Below are positions 1-12,992 of a DNA stretch of 64,000 bases, piece after piece. The notes beneath the pieces were generated by a model. The model saw only the letters and a list, made by a program, of their open reading frames with translations, searched no databases and had not been told where the DNA came from. The DNA is taken from assembly GCA_963676915.2 (NCBI GenBank), contig CAXXVK010000033.1, positions 1-64,000 of the forward strand. Reading direction: 5' to 3'. The DNA comes from Myxococcota bacterium. Its GTDB lineage: Bacteria > Myxococcota_A > SURF-8 > G963663525. Every line of letters starts with the position of its first letter. The first letter of the stretch is position 1. A program made the position numbers and the translations under genes.

Positions 1-541
1 GAGTTGGAGGGCGGTGTACACGTCAAGCCGTATAGCGTGCTCGAAGGTAGCCGTTTTCAGACCGGTGCGGAGGTCGGACCGTTCGCGCACGTTCGGCCGG
101 GATCGTTTGTTGGAAACGATTGCCATATCGGCAATTTTGTAGAGTTGAAGAAAACGACGATGGACGCCGGAGCCAAGGCGAACCATTTATCCTATCTCGG
201 AGACGCCGATATCGGCAAGCGAACCAATGTAGGTGCGGGAACGATTACCTGTAATTACGATGGTGTAGGCAAGTACCGCACGGAAATTGCGGATGACGTC
301 TTTATTGGCTCGGATACACAGTTGGTTTGCGCCGGTTAAATTGGGTGCGAAATCCTTTATTGCTGCCGGTACGACGGTTTCCGAGGATGTTCCAGCCGGA
401 GCGCTGGCACTGACTCGTCCGGAACAAATCACGGTCAAAGGCTGGGGACGCAAGAAGTTTGAAAGATTCTTGAGCGTCGCAAAGCCAAAGCCGCTGCAGC
501 CAAAAAGAAGAAAGCTACGAAAAAATAACGACATTTCTTAG
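1..541 (+). CDS. glmU: Bifunctional UDP-GlcNAc pyrophosphorylase/acetyltransferase GlmU, C-terminal part (5' truncated; apparent frameshift near 327)
   Basis: [25 protein letters not shown] and [11 protein letters not shown] motifs, then FIGSDTQLV; continues as [17 protein letters not shown] in ORF 287..541; directly upstream of glmS. Confidence 0.95.
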
Positions 542-550
542 GAGTTCTCT

Positions 551-2380
<1,830 letters not shown>

Positions 2381-2404
2381 CAGTAAGAAATGTTTGAGGT
2401 TTTT

Positions 2405-2439
2405 AATGGGTCGGGTGATCTTTCACTCGACCCATTTTT
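2405..2439 (+). terminator. Rho-independent terminator of glmS
   Basis: AATGGGTCGGGTGA / TCACTCGACCCATT stem (one G-U pair) ending in a T run. Confidence 0.75.
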
Positions 2440-2448
2440 AATCTTAAC

Positions 2449-2477
2449 GATGGAGCAGGATACAATCCTGCTCCATC
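2449..2477. repeat. Perfect 13-bp inverted repeat (terminator or REP-like hairpin)
   Basis: GATGGAGCAGGAT-ACA-ATCCTGCTCCATC between convergent genes. Confidence 0.6.
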
Positions 2478-2510
2478 TCAGGCTTGAAAAGGAACTTGTG
2501 AGAGAATTCT

Positions 2511-3571
2511 TCAGCGTTCGAGGGCTTCCAGCGTACAGACCACGGGTTTGTGGTCGAAGTAGATAGCGTCGATGATGTCCGGGTGGCCTTCTGTCACGCC
2601 TGCCGCCCAGCACGTACCGGTGAATGAATCGCTAAGGACGTGATCGATGTTGAAAAGCGTTGCGTAGGTGGCGGGTGCGTCTTCACCGATATCCGTAATA
2701 AAATCAAACGGTTTGTTTTCTCCGGCGAAATCTAGAACGCGAGCTGCACTGGCATCGGATTCTGCCAAGCGGCCCGGATCGGTGTTGAAATCGCCCATAA
2801 CCAGATTACGGCTTCCGTTCGCACCGGGTTGGCCGTCACCTAGATCTACGAAGACTTGTTCGAACTGCTTGACGCGGCACTCCTTGACATCCTCTTCGAA
2901 TCCAGAAGAACCATGAACGTTGACCAACGTAAGTTCTCCACCGTTCACGAGTTCGATGGTTCCCCGTCCGATTCGTGCGCCCTTGCCGCAGTCTTCAACT
3001 CGATAGCCTTCCAGACCTTCCAAGCAGAAGTCGTCGTCGCAATCCTTGAACGAGCCGAAATTCCGGTTGACGGCGGCGCATTTATCCGGTTTTCCCGGTT
3101 GGCACATGACCTGCCAGCCTTCACCCAGAATGTATTGAGCGACGGTCGGTTGCTCTTCCTGCCAGGTTTCACAATAAAAATCCTTATGGGCGTCTTCGGG
3201 AATCGCGGGACAATCTCCGCATAGAAAATCTCCTGAAACACCACGACATCGGCTTCAACTTGCTCGAAAAACTGCCGTGCGGCTTCTACGGCAGGTGTCC
3301 AGGCAAGACCGTCGCCGTACCATTCATCGGAAATCTCGGCGTGTTCTCCGGTGTAACCGTCATCAGGCAGAGAATCGTGTCCCATGGATTCAGAGGTTCC
3401 CGTATTAAAAGTGACGGCGACGAACGACGTTTTCTGCACGGTTTCTTCCGATTCGTCATTTTCGTAAAAATCCATATCGCTATTGGATTCGGGGCGGGTA
3501 TCATCATCACCGCAGGCGTGAAAAAGCAGAGAAAAACCAACCAGAATCATGTACGGCCATACGTGTTTCAC
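2511..3571 (-). CDS. Endonuclease/exonuclease/phosphatase (EEP) family lipoprotein (apparent frameshift near 3215)
   Basis: Lipobox FHAC followed by GDDD; TFNTG, DVVVFQEI, NVHG, MGDFN, IDHV and FDHKPV motifs split over ORFs 2945..3628 and 2511..3107. Confidence 0.75.
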
Positions 3572-3578
3572 GTTGATG

Positions 3579-6500
3579 TTACCTTTTTTCCTTCGTTTTT
3601 TGGAAAGATTTTCGGCGAAGAAAGGCAAGCAGCAATCCCAAAATCAGGAGATCTCCGAGGATCGGCCAGACGATATCGCCAGTGTTGCGGCAGCCTTTGC
3701 CACCTTTGGACTTTTCGGTTTCCGATAGATTTTCATCGACATCGTTTTCCATCTCCTGTTCGGGGGCGATGTCGTCTTCCTCGTCCATATCGCCATCTTC
3801 TACGATGGGTACGAAGGTTCCGGGTTCTCCTACGGCGGTGACGGTTCGAGTGTCGCTTGTTTCGAAGGACGAAGAGGTTAATGTTTTTTGGACAATATAT
3901 TCGCCGGGCAGGTCGGTGGTAAACATTACGGAATCTTCTCCGGTAGCTTCGAGCGTAGCTTGCGAAAGCTCCGGTTTACGTACCCATTCCCATTGACTTT
4001 TGTACGGTGTTTTCCATTTCCTGCCGGGTTGGACAATTGGCCATGGCATCTTCCAGAAGTACGCTACGTCCCGTTTCTACTGTTTGCGGTCGATGCAATT
4101 CCAGTAGGGGAGAGTCGGTTTCGTCGGCAAGACGTGCGACGACGCGAACCGGCGGATTTGTTCGCTTTGTGCCGTAAGTCGGAACGGATAGTCGGGGATG
4201 CTCGAAAGGGTCGTGCCTTGATCCGATGTTTGAAAATCGCAAACGTTTTCACCGGATATATTTTCGGAGAAATCGAATTGCAATTCCCTGAACGAGTGTT
4301 TCGGACGAGTTGTCGGTGGAAAGCATCAGGCTCCCCAATATCGTGTCTCAGTGTCACGCTCGATCCAGAAAGACACCGGATCGCTTGGAGCGGTGAATCG
4401 CGAATGCTCCAGCGTGACGGATTTTACGTCTACTCCAAACAATGCACGTAGTTTTTGATTGTCATTCACCGACCATGCGGCCATTGTTGCGTTTACTGTG
4501 TTGGAATCACTGGAGAAACCGTTATCGGCCAAGAGAGCCATCAGGTATTTTCATCCTGTGCCCAACGAAATCCTATGGCTCGATTTTGATTGTCCGTAAG
4601 TACGTTGGCCTTGGCTTCGTTTTTCGAAGTTTCGTCGTTTGGGAAGGGAACGACCAGCGCCAGGAAACGTCCGGTTTCATTAGCCGGTACCGTGATCGTT
4701 GCATCTAAGGCGGTATGGCGTTCTTTAACTCGAGTGCCGGTGTCGATGGAATCATGCTCTGCAACTCGTGGATTGTACGTGATATCCCGATCCGAGATTA
4801 CCTGCCCGTGTATCCCAGCTTTCTCGCGCAGCCAGGTGCCGCCGAAATCAGTGCTTTCAAATGTGCCGGTTGTGAGGCCGCTTCCACCATGACCATGAAG
4901 CTGGAAGGTCAGTTCGTGCGGCTGACCGTCTAGAGGCGTGATTTCGTCGTAGATCAGCACGGCCCGGCTGTCGAGCAGGGCGACGCGACGGCGGATTTCC
5001 ACCGGAGCGGTGTTTTCGTGGTATTCGGTGAACAGATCCACATAGCGAAGTGCCGATGCCTGTTCCGTCGCGGTTTTGTAGTCCAGAATCCAGGCTTCAC
5101 CATCCCCTGGGTGACTGTATCCGCCTTCCACCGAAGGATCGGAGACGATCAGTTCTCCGTTTTCATCCATTGCCATAGGCGGAATCACCGCTTTAAAGGG
5201 GTTCGGACCTTTGCCGTCGATGAGAATCATCGAATGGTTGTTGGCATTGTTGACGCTTTCGTGTTCATCCCAACCCAGATAACCGGCATCGATGACAAGC
5301 GGTTCACCGTAGGCATAAAGAATGAAAGATCCGCCGTCGGCGTGCTCGTGTCCTGCGATGCCGCCGATGGATTGTCCCCAGCGTGTAAACGAATTGGCAG
5401 CAGCTTTGCCGTGTTCTGCGAGGACATGCAGATACACGGCGTCCGAGTTCCAATCCGAACGAAACACGGCAGCGCCATAGACCGTCATCACGGCGTCTGT
5501 TTCGAAAACTTCGCTGGGGTGGACCGCTGGGATGTCGGCGTCGAAAATGCCCATCATTTCGCATTCGTTCACAAGTTCACCGTAATATGGACCTTTCGAC
5601 CTGCTCTCCCAGATCCAGCGATACACACCTGCATGGGGGAACAGTTCATGAACGTAAAAGCCATAGAGAAACGATCGTAGTGGCGAGCAATCATCGGTCG
5701 GTGGTTGGGTACCGTCGGGTTGAGAGGTTTTTACAATCCCATCCGCCTGGGTTGCAAGCAATGGATCGAGCAGGAAGTCCCCGACGCTATACGGTTCGGT
5801 CTGGCCGCTTTGCATCATCGGCGGCATGTTCGGATCGAGAGCTTCGAGTTCCAAAGGAGCGCCGACATAGCGATGCCAGGCCCAGAAAAACGGAACGAAA
5901 TTGATGCCTGCGTAATCCAGGTAATTGTACGATTCCTGGTAGCCACCCTCCCAATCGCTCATCAGATCCATATGGCATTGGTCCATACTTCGCACAGCCA
6001 GCTTGATCCAGTTCTCGACGCTATAGCGGCCATCATCCTGTTTGGCTTCGAATTCCAAACCGTTGAGTACCATGGCTGCGATACCGAGAGCCGAAGCCAT
6101 TTTCGTTCGATGGTTATTGAGATAAGATCGTAAGGAGATCCAGTTGTTGATTTCCAAATCGGCGTAAAGATCGGCTGTAAAATCGGCGAGATTCTGAATG
6201 ATTTCGGTGCGGTGCCCACCGAAGTTCGAACCGGCACCCTCCAGCAGATCGAGTGCATGAGCGTAGCACATCATTTCTTGGGCGGTATGAATGCCGTTGT
6301 TGGGTTGTACACCTTTGGCGCGGCTTTCGGTGATCATACGTTGTAGATAGAGTGCCGCTTTTTCCTCGTAAGCGTCGCGTTCTTCCTCTGTCAACTCGAC
6401 GGCTCCTTCGGTCGCGTCGTATTTCAGACCGAGATAAACCAGAAACGCGGCGGCTTTGGCGGTCTTGGCGCGGTTGATTTCGGTGCCAAGTTCGTGATCT

Positions 6501-6778
6501 TCAGAGTTTACGGTCCTGTTCGCACGGTTTTGAATGTTGGCCATCATCGTTTTGTATTCACTTCGATGAGCGCGGGTGCGTACGGTGTCGAGCAGGTCAG
6601 GAGTCAAAACGGTGCGGGGATGCGGACCGGCCTCCGTCATACCCTGGCCCAACCAAGTATCCGCTTGAGCCGTACCGTTGGATAAAACAAAAAACAAAAA
6701 ACAAACGAGAAACCAGCGGTTGAAAATCGTACGTTGCTTTTTGAAAAAAGAATCATTCGAGGAGGCGAGGGCGTTCAT
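3579..6778 (-). CDS. Secreted heparinase II/III-like (polysaccharide lyase) protein with PKD-like domain and C-terminal membrane sorting tail; 3' part broken by several frameshifts
   Basis: Signal peptide; NNH and EGGYQESYNY motifs in a helical domain; GHEHADGGSFILYAYGEPLVIDAG and NHSMILIDG motifs; fragments 4326..4541, 4077..4283, 3976..4242 and 3579..4049 end in WEWVRKP..PGEYIV and GGKGC-TM-RRK. Confidence 0.7.
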
Positions 6779-6939
6779 GTATTTATCCTAAAATTGTTTT
6801 CAAGCCATTCGCTGGTTTCGATTATAAGCGAAATCTCGTCGGAAAGACGAGCCTATGACTCATCTTTCACCATTTTTTGCGGTTTGGTATAGTTGTGATC
6901 AATGGAATGAGTTCCTGAAAACGACTGAGGCAGAAACGA

Positions 6940-6976
6940 AAAACGGGAGCAAGCACCTCTTGCTCGCTCCCGTTTT
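6940..6976. terminator. Rho-independent terminator (possibly bidirectional) after the gene ending at 7006
   Basis: AAAACGGGAGC-A-AGCA / TGCT-C-GCTCCCGTTTT inverted repeat with A and T flanks. Confidence 0.75.
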
Positions 6977-7005
6977 ATTTTTAAGTAATTTGATATTTCT
7001 GCCGG

Positions 7006-8751
7006 TTATTCACCCCAACGGCTGGGATCGATAACTACGCTACAATCCACAAGCTTTGCACCAGCTTCATTTCGTAGCGGCGAGTAGCAGTATTCCATCA
7101 GATGCAGGATTTCCGTGATGCGCACGGCACAGTAGCGTTCGCCGGTTTCCGAATTCGTCGAGCAGCGTTCCGGTTTGTAGTTGAATTTCCCTTCCAACCC
7201 TTCTGCGTTCCAGGGATCCCAGTAAGGATAGTCGGCGTAGTAATCGGCGGAGTAGCTGTATACATCGTGAATCAGACGGGCTTCGTGGTCGGTTAGCGGA
7301 AGGCCGGTAGCTGCGGCGGCTAAAAGGAAGGACGAAAGGTCGCCGCCCCACTCGTCAGCTTCCTGTATCCATTTTTCCTCGTTGTTGATATCCCGACGCG
7401 CTCTTTGACCGATGCCGATGAGAATTTGTTTGGCGACATCGTATTCTCCAGCCATCAGGGCATTGTAAGCGGCGGCAACGTGGAAAATCCGGATGATGTG
7501 CGTGTTGAAATAATGCTGTTCCGTAGCAAGAGGTTCATATCCTTCGCTGATGCCTGCCCCACAGTCGTTATCCATTGTTTCTCCGTAGGCGATCAGGGAA
7601 GAACCCAGTTTCGCGTTGCATTCTGCGATCGGATCGAAAAATTCGAACAACACAAAGCTGGCAAGGTCTTTGATCTCGGCGCAACCCTCTGCTTCCGCGC
7701 AGGAAAGAGAGCAATCCGGATGTCGGGTGCATTCGGTATCGTCTACGAGGCATTGGTCTTTGCATGTTGTGTCATCTTCGTCACACGGAGGGTAGGAATC
7801 ATCCGCTACGCTTGGAACGATGGCGTCGCCGCAACGGTTGACGCTTCGAATCGTATATTCGTGATCCACGACGTCTTTGGCGAATCCTTCGATGTACTCC
7901 AGCGCTTCGGCTGCAGCCTCGCGTACACTATCATCTTTGGCATCCTCTACGACGCGTTTCAGCATGGGCACGGAACGATAGAAGTGAGGGACATCATCTT
8001 TGCTGCGGAACGTTCGAAGCCATATTTCTCCAAAGTAGGGATTTTCTGGATTCGGGATCGTATGAGCGTTCCAGGAGTAGATGTATTTCTTTTTGACTTC
8101 GTCGTATTCGACCTTGACCTTACGGCCTCCCTCGTACTCGAATTCGTGGTTGTGCGTGAAAATAGCTCGGGCTTGAAGGTATTTGGCCGGTTCGCCTTCG
8201 CCACCCCATTCCATACCTTTGGACAACGCTACGATGCCTTTCGAGTAGGCTTCGACAATTCGTCCAAACTGTTCCTCACCGGTGAGCAGGTAGGCCGCCG
8301 AGACATTGTTCAGGATTTTGCAGGTTCTGAGCAAGAGGTTGTCTGCGCCGCCGGTATGGCTGAAACGCAGCACGCCGTCTTCCATATACGATTGTGTATC
8401 CTGCCACCAGAGCTTGTAATCCGGCATGGTGGCATCGTAGGAAGCATCCAATCCATGGGAGGTCCACCAGACCCAGTTCAAAAAGCCCGAATTCTTCCAG
8501 AACCCCGTGATTTTTTTCGTGAATTCGGTGATTTCCTGCTCGGTCAGTGGTTCACCTTCAGCTTCGCGAGTCAGTTCGAAGGGAAGGGCACTGGGATATT
8601 TTTCTACAATGGATTCTTCCTGCTCGGCTTCCAATTCGACTTCCGAATCCCCTTCCTGTTGGGTGGGCTCGTTGTCGTCATCGCTTCCACAGGCTAAAGG
8701 CAGGAAACACAAGGCTGACAGCACAAAAGGAAGGAATTGTTTACGTTTCAT
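7006..8751 (-). CDS. Uncharacterised lipoprotein with internal Cys-rich insert
   Basis: RBS AGGAG; MKRKQFLPFVLSALCFLPLA-C-GSDDD lipobox; long ORF; no family recognised. Confidence 0.8.
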   Translation of the reverse strand: MKRKQFLPFVLSALCFLPLACGSDDDNEPTQQEGDSEVELEAEQEESIVEKYPSALPFELTREAEGEPLTEQEITEFTKKITGFWKNSGFLNWVWWTSHGLDASYDATMPDYKLWWQDTQSYMEDGVLRFSHTGGADNLLLRTCKILNNVSAAYLLTGEEQFGRIVEAYSKGIVALSKGMEWGGEGEPAKYLQARAIFTHNHEFEYEGGRKVKVEYDEVKKKYIYSWNAHTIPNPENPYFGEIWLRTFRSKDDVPHFYRSVPMLKRVVEDAKDDSVREAAAEALEYIEGFAKDVVDHEYTIRSVNRCGDAIVPSVADDSYPPCDEDDTTCKDQCLVDDTECTRHPDCSLSCAEAEGCAEIKDLASFVLFEFFDPIAECNAKLGSSLIAYGETMDNDCGAGISEGYEPLATEQHYFNTHIIRIFHVAAAYNALMAGEYDVAKQILIGIGQRARRDINNEEKWIQEADEWGGDLSSFLLAAAATGLPLTDHEARLIHDVYSYSADYYADYPYWDPWNAEGLEGKFNYKPERCSTNSETGERYCAVRITEILHLMEYCYSPLRNEAGAKLVDCSVVIDPSRWGE

Positions 8752-8860
8752 GTCATGCACTCCTGAAAGCAAGTGTTTGAATTGTGTAAGGATACGGTTG
8801 GTTGCCGATCCACGGCAACAGATTTTTCCTGAAAATTCCGTTTTTTCGTGTCATTTCGTT

Positions 8861-8897
8861 AAAAAAACGCCCCGGCTAGTAGAAAAACCGAGGCGTT
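8861..8897 (-). terminator. Rho-independent terminator of secF
   Basis: Minus strand reads AACGCCTCGGTT..AGCCGGGGCGTT followed by a T run. Confidence 0.75.
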
Positions 8898-8920
8898 GAA
8901 AATCTAAGAAATGGGTTGAT

Positions 8921-10069
8921 TTACGCTTTGTTGGCCGCTTCGCGTTCTTTTATCCAGCCATCGATGAAAATCATCACCGGCGAGGCGATGTACACCGAAG
9001 AATAGGTTCCGACCAACACGCCGATCAACAGGGCCAGCGCGAAATCGTGAATGATTCCGCCACCGAAAACGAACAGGCAAACCACCACAACGAGAGTTGT
9101 CAACGAGGTGAGCAAGGTTCTCGACAGAGTTTGATTGATCGACTCGTTGACGACATCCGCCAAGCTGCGAGTTTTTGTTTTGGACAGATTCTCGCGGATG
9201 CGGTCGTAGACGACGATGGTATCGTTTAATGAATAACCCACAATGGTCAACAAAGCCGCAATCGTAGGAATGGTGAACTGCACACCCAGGATAACGAATA
9301 CGCCAACAGTGATCAGTACGTCATGAATCAAGGCAACAACGGCACCCGGAGCAAATACGAGATTGAATCGGAAGCCGATGTAGGCCAGAATCATCACGAG
9401 AGCGAACAGGATGGATTTCAGTCCTTTTTGTTTGAGTTCCGCACCGACTTTCGGACCGACGGAGTCTTCACGTAGCAATTCTGTGCTACCTGCACCGAAT
9501 TTTTCGGAAAGCATCCGGAGGACTTCACCGCTGAGTCCGGCCAGTTGGATTTTATGAATCCAGCGGCCTTCTGCACCTTCAACACTCATGTTGTTGATTG
9601 TGATGTTGTAGGATTCCATTTTCTTGTGCAGTTTTTCCGTATCAACCTTTTTGTCGGTGACGAATTCAAGAAAATCGCCGCCAACGGTTCGGTGACCGAA
9701 GTTACGTAGGTTTTCGGTACTGAACTCGGCTTTGAGGTCCGATTCGATTTTCGTGGCCATTTCGTCGGAAACGAAAGAAATGTTGGATAGTTTGATCAGG
9801 TATTCGTGTTTTCCGTCCACCATTCCGAAATGTTGCACTTCCGGTTCGGGTTTCAATCCGGCAAGGGCGTCGCGGATTTCCGCGCCGCTTACCTCGGCTT
9901 TTTCGAAACGGATCTGCAATTCCGTACCGCCGGAAAAGTCGATTCCGTATTTGAGTCCGACGATCAGCCATAACAGCAGGCTGATACCGACCAGCACAAC
10001 CGATACGATGGCGAACTGCCGTACGTATTTGATGAAGGGAATGTTTAAGTCCGCAGGAACGATCTGCAT
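8921..10069 (-). CDS. secF: Protein translocase subunit SecF
   Basis: GIDFSGG, SVGPKVG, HDVLIT, GYSLNDTIVVYDRIRE and GTYSS motifs. Confidence 0.97.
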   Translation of the reverse strand: MQIVPADLNIPFIKYVRQFAIVSVVLVGISLLLWLIVGLKYGIDFSGGTELQIRFEKAEVSGAEIRDALAGLKPEPEVQHFGMVDGKHEYLIKLSNISFVSDEMATKIESDLKAEFSTENLRNFGHRTVGGDFLEFVTDKKVDTEKLHKKMESYNITINNMSVEGAEGRWIHKIQLAGLSGEVLRMLSEKFGAGSTELLREDSVGPKVGAELKQKGLKSILFALVMILAYIGFRFNLVFAPGAVVALIHDVLITVGVFVILGVQFTIPTIAALLTIVGYSLNDTIVVYDRIRENLSKTKTRSLADVVNESINQTLSRTLLTSLTTLVVVVCLFVFGGGIIHDFALALLIGVLVGTYSSVYIASPVMIFIDGWIKEREAANKA

Positions 10070-10095
10070 TGGGGTCACTCCTTATAAAAACCGCG

Positions 10096-12093
10096 CTAGA
10101 TGCTCAACTTGGCGGGTTTGAATTTAACGATGACGTAATCGATGAACAGCCGTGTAATCACGATGGCGCTGAACATCGAGGAGATGATGCCGACCAGCAG
10201 GGTTACGGCGAATCCCTTGACGGGGCCGGTACCGTAGGTCCACAGAATGAAGCCTGCCAGGGCCGTCGTGACGTTGGCGTCGAAGATGGTCCAGAACGCT
10301 CGGTCATACCCGGATTCCACACTGGCTCTCGGGGTCTTGTTGATGCGCTGTTCCTCGCGGACACGTTCGTTGATGATCACGTTGGCGTCAACGGCCATAC
10401 CTAATGTCAACACGATACCGGCCATGCCGGGGAGTGTCAGGGTGGCTTCGAAGAAGGCCAGCACCGCCATAAGGAAGATCATGTTGCAGACGAGGGCGAC
10501 GTCGGCGAAGATACCCGCCACCCGGTAGTAGATCAGCATGAAAAACACGACCAGCACGAAACCGGCGATAATCGAAATCTTTCCGGATTCGATGGAGTCT
10601 TTACCCAACGTCGGACCGACGGTGCGGATTTCCTCGATTTTTACCGGAGCCTGCAAAGCACCGGCGCGAAGTACGATCGCCAGATCCTGTGCTTCTTCCA
10701 TCAGTTCTCGGTAAGGACGAAGCGCATTCAGCGTGATTTGGGCGCGTCCACCGCCGATTCGGGATTGAATCACCGGGGCCGACTGGACTTTGTTATCCAG
10801 CACGATAGCCATGCGTTCGTGGATGTGATCGCCTGTAACCTGCTCGAATTGCTTGGCTCCCTGGCGGTCGAAGGTCATCGAAACGTAGGGGCGGTTCTGT
10901 CGTTGATCGATATTGACGCGGGCATCGACGATGGTTTCGCCGGTCATGGCCGTCTTACGATCCACAACGTAGGAACGCCAGCGAACGTCCTGACCGATGT
11001 TCGCCTTCTTGATGACTTCTTCCTCAAAAAGCACTTCTTTGTCCGGTCCGACTTTGCCTTTGACCCATTCGCGAATCACGCGGATATTCTTGTTTTCGGG
11101 GTCTTTGACAGCGGTCAGATAAGGAACCGTGGTCAAGCCGCCCTTGGCGTTTCGGGCGCTTTCGCTCTTCAGTTCCCAACCTTCGGGGACTTCGTTTTTG
11201 TGTTGGAACAGCTCGGTGTTGGTGTCGTCGACGATCTTGAATACCAGATGCGCCGTACGGCCGATCAATTCCATGGCGCGTTCGGGGTCTTTGACACCGG
11301 GAATCTGCACCAGAATCGAGCGATCGCCTTGCTTGGCAACCAACGCTTCGCGAACGGCCATTTCGTCGATACGATTACGCAGAGTCTTCAAAACCTGCTC
11401 GACCGCATGATTTTTGCGGTAGGTCTGCAAGTCTTCCGACATCTCGAATGCGATGGTGAAATCCTTATCGGTAGGATTGGGAATCTCCACCATATCGCCG
11501 AAGAATTTGGAAATTTTTTCCTTGGCGGAATCCAGCGTTTCCTTATCGGGGAAGGAAATCGTCATCGCCGGTTTGCCCTCGATTACCCGGATTTCCTTGC
11601 AACCGAGTTTCTCGTCTTCGCAGTAGCGATCCACTTCCTCGGTCATCCGGTCCACGATGTCCACAAGGGCTTTTTCCACCTCGACACCCAATACAAGGTG
11701 AATACCACCTTGGAGGTCGAGACCCAGACTTATTTTCTTGGCATAAAGGCTTTTATACCACGAAGGCAAGATATCCGGCAGACTGAATGCCAGGGTTGTC
11801 TGTCCCGTGGGAATCGTCGGTTCACCCAGGGAAAGTTCCTGGGTCAGCGACTCGCGAGCTTCTTCCATTTTATCGCTGGCCGAAAACGGAACCCGCAGTT
11901 TGCCGTCCGCTTCCGTATACAAAATGGTTCCGCAATCCAAGCCTTTTTCGGTGCAAAAGCTTCCCGCCTGAGCGATTTTCTCGTTGACCTGCTGAGTGTG
12001 GAACCACCCAACGACGGTCGGCACGAGTCCGAAAATCGATAGGACGAGCAACGCTATTACGAGTGCGCTACGCCACCACCATTCACGCGCCAT
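10096..12093 (-). CDS. secD: Protein translocase subunit SecD
   Basis: LGLDLQGG, LRAGAL, VGPTLG, TLPGMAG and GMAVDANVIINERVREE motifs. Confidence 0.97.
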   Translation of the reverse strand: MAREWWWRSALVIALLVLSIFGLVPTVVGWFHTQQVNEKIAQAGSFCTEKGLDCGTILYTEADGKLRVPFSASDKMEEARESLTQELSLGEPTIPTGQTTLAFSLPDILPSWYKSLYAKKISLGLDLQGGIHLVLGVEVEKALVDIVDRMTEEVDRYCEDEKLGCKEIRVIEGKPAMTISFPDKETLDSAKEKISKFFGDMVEIPNPTDKDFTIAFEMSEDLQTYRKNHAVEQVLKTLRNRIDEMAVREALVAKQGDRSILVQIPGVKDPERAMELIGRTAHLVFKIVDDTNTELFQHKNEVPEGWELKSESARNAKGGLTTVPYLTAVKDPENKNIRVIREWVKGKVGPDKEVLFEEEVIKKANIGQDVRWRSYVVDRKTAMTGETIVDARVNIDQRQNRPYVSMTFDRQGAKQFEQVTGDHIHERMAIVLDNKVQSAPVIQSRIGGGRAQITLNALRPYRELMEEAQDLAIVLRAGALQAPVKIEEIRTVGPTLGKDSIESGKISIIAGFVLVVFFMLIYYRVAGIFADVALVCNMIFLMAVLAFFEATLTLPGMAGIVLTLGMAVDANVIINERVREEQRINKTPRASVESGYDRAFWTIFDANVTTALAGFILWTYGTGPVKGFAVTLLVGIISSMFSAIVITRLFIDYVIVKFKPAKLSI

Positions 12094-12156
12094 GTCTGGT
12101 ACTCCTTGCTGCTTTGCCGATACGATCCGCGAAAAGAGAATAACCTCGCGGATTTA

Positions 12157-12498
12157 TTATTTCTTTTCTTCTTTTACCGCAGGATTTTTCAGTCCGGCGA
12201 TGGCCGATCTAGCCAACTTGACCCGCACGTTCTGAGCTACTTCCAGGGTTACGACCTGCTCGGTGAGGTTGGTTACTTTTCCGTACATACCGCCGGTGGT
12301 AATCACTTCATCATCGTGCTTGATCGAGGCCAACATAGCCTGACGTTCTTTTTCTTTTTTCTGCTGAGGTCGAATCAAAAGAAAATAGAAAATGAACAAA
12401 ATGACCACGAAAGGAAGCAAAGAACTCCATAAACTTGGGGTTTGTTGTCCCTGTGCGGCTTGGGCGATTGCCTGTTGAATGAGTGGCAAGAATGACAC
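12157..12498 (-). CDS. yajC: Preprotein translocase subunit YajC
   Basis: FYFLLIRPQQK and DEVITTGGMYG motifs; upstream of secD. Confidence 0.95.
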   Translation of the reverse strand: MSFLPLIQQAIAQAAQGQQTPSLWSSLLPFVVILFIFYFLLIRPQQKKEKERQAMLASIKHDDEVITTGGMYGKVTNLTEQVVTLEVAQNVRVKLARSAIAGLKNPAVKEEKK

Positions 12499-12992
12499 TA
12501 CATCCTCCTAACTCCGTGAAATAACTAATTTTTATTGCCATACGCCTATTTTGAAACGTTGACTCTTCTACCAGAAAAGGCTTGGAGGGTCAATAAAATA
12601 AACAGTTAGCTCCATTGGCGCGTTTTACACAAGAGAAGAAAAGAAATAACAGTATCGCAACACTCCGATTTTTAAGTGGATTCTTTCGTTTGACCGTTCT
12701 GGGAACCTGCGTTTTTTTATATTAGGAGTTGAGTGCTGAAATAGCGGCTTTTTCCTACGGTTGGCACGACGTACATTGTTGCATTGCAAGGGTGGCATGA
12801 AATTTCTCTGGAATTTTCGATACTTTCCACGATCGATGGCTTTTGCGATCCTTTCTTGACATTAGTAAGGCGCTTCCATAAGCTTGTATCAACGCTATGT
12901 ATCCTAAAAAAACATCGATTCGGGCACGGTTTTCCGCTCCGGTTCAAGTATAAGTACCAATTAGTAAATGTTCTGGGGAAGAGAGGAAAAGA

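Noticed and set aside
2381-2510. Tn7-like insertion at attTn7 downstream of glmS
   Set aside because: The glmS terminator is intact, and no tns genes or transposon end repeats are visible
4326-4543. TGA read-through (selenocysteine) or TGATG-coupled small genes in the lyase 3' region
   Set aside because: Both TGAs follow short A or G runs, and restoring one base gives CTG-ATG in a continuous frame; indels are the simpler explanation
7405-12042. Long plus-strand ORFs 7405..8697 and 10738..12042
   Set aside because: Antisense shadows of the lipoprotein gene and secD
12760-12810. Sigma54 promoter upstream of the FHA gene (TGGCACG, TGGCATG)
   Set aside because: No GC at the -12 position with 10-nt spacing
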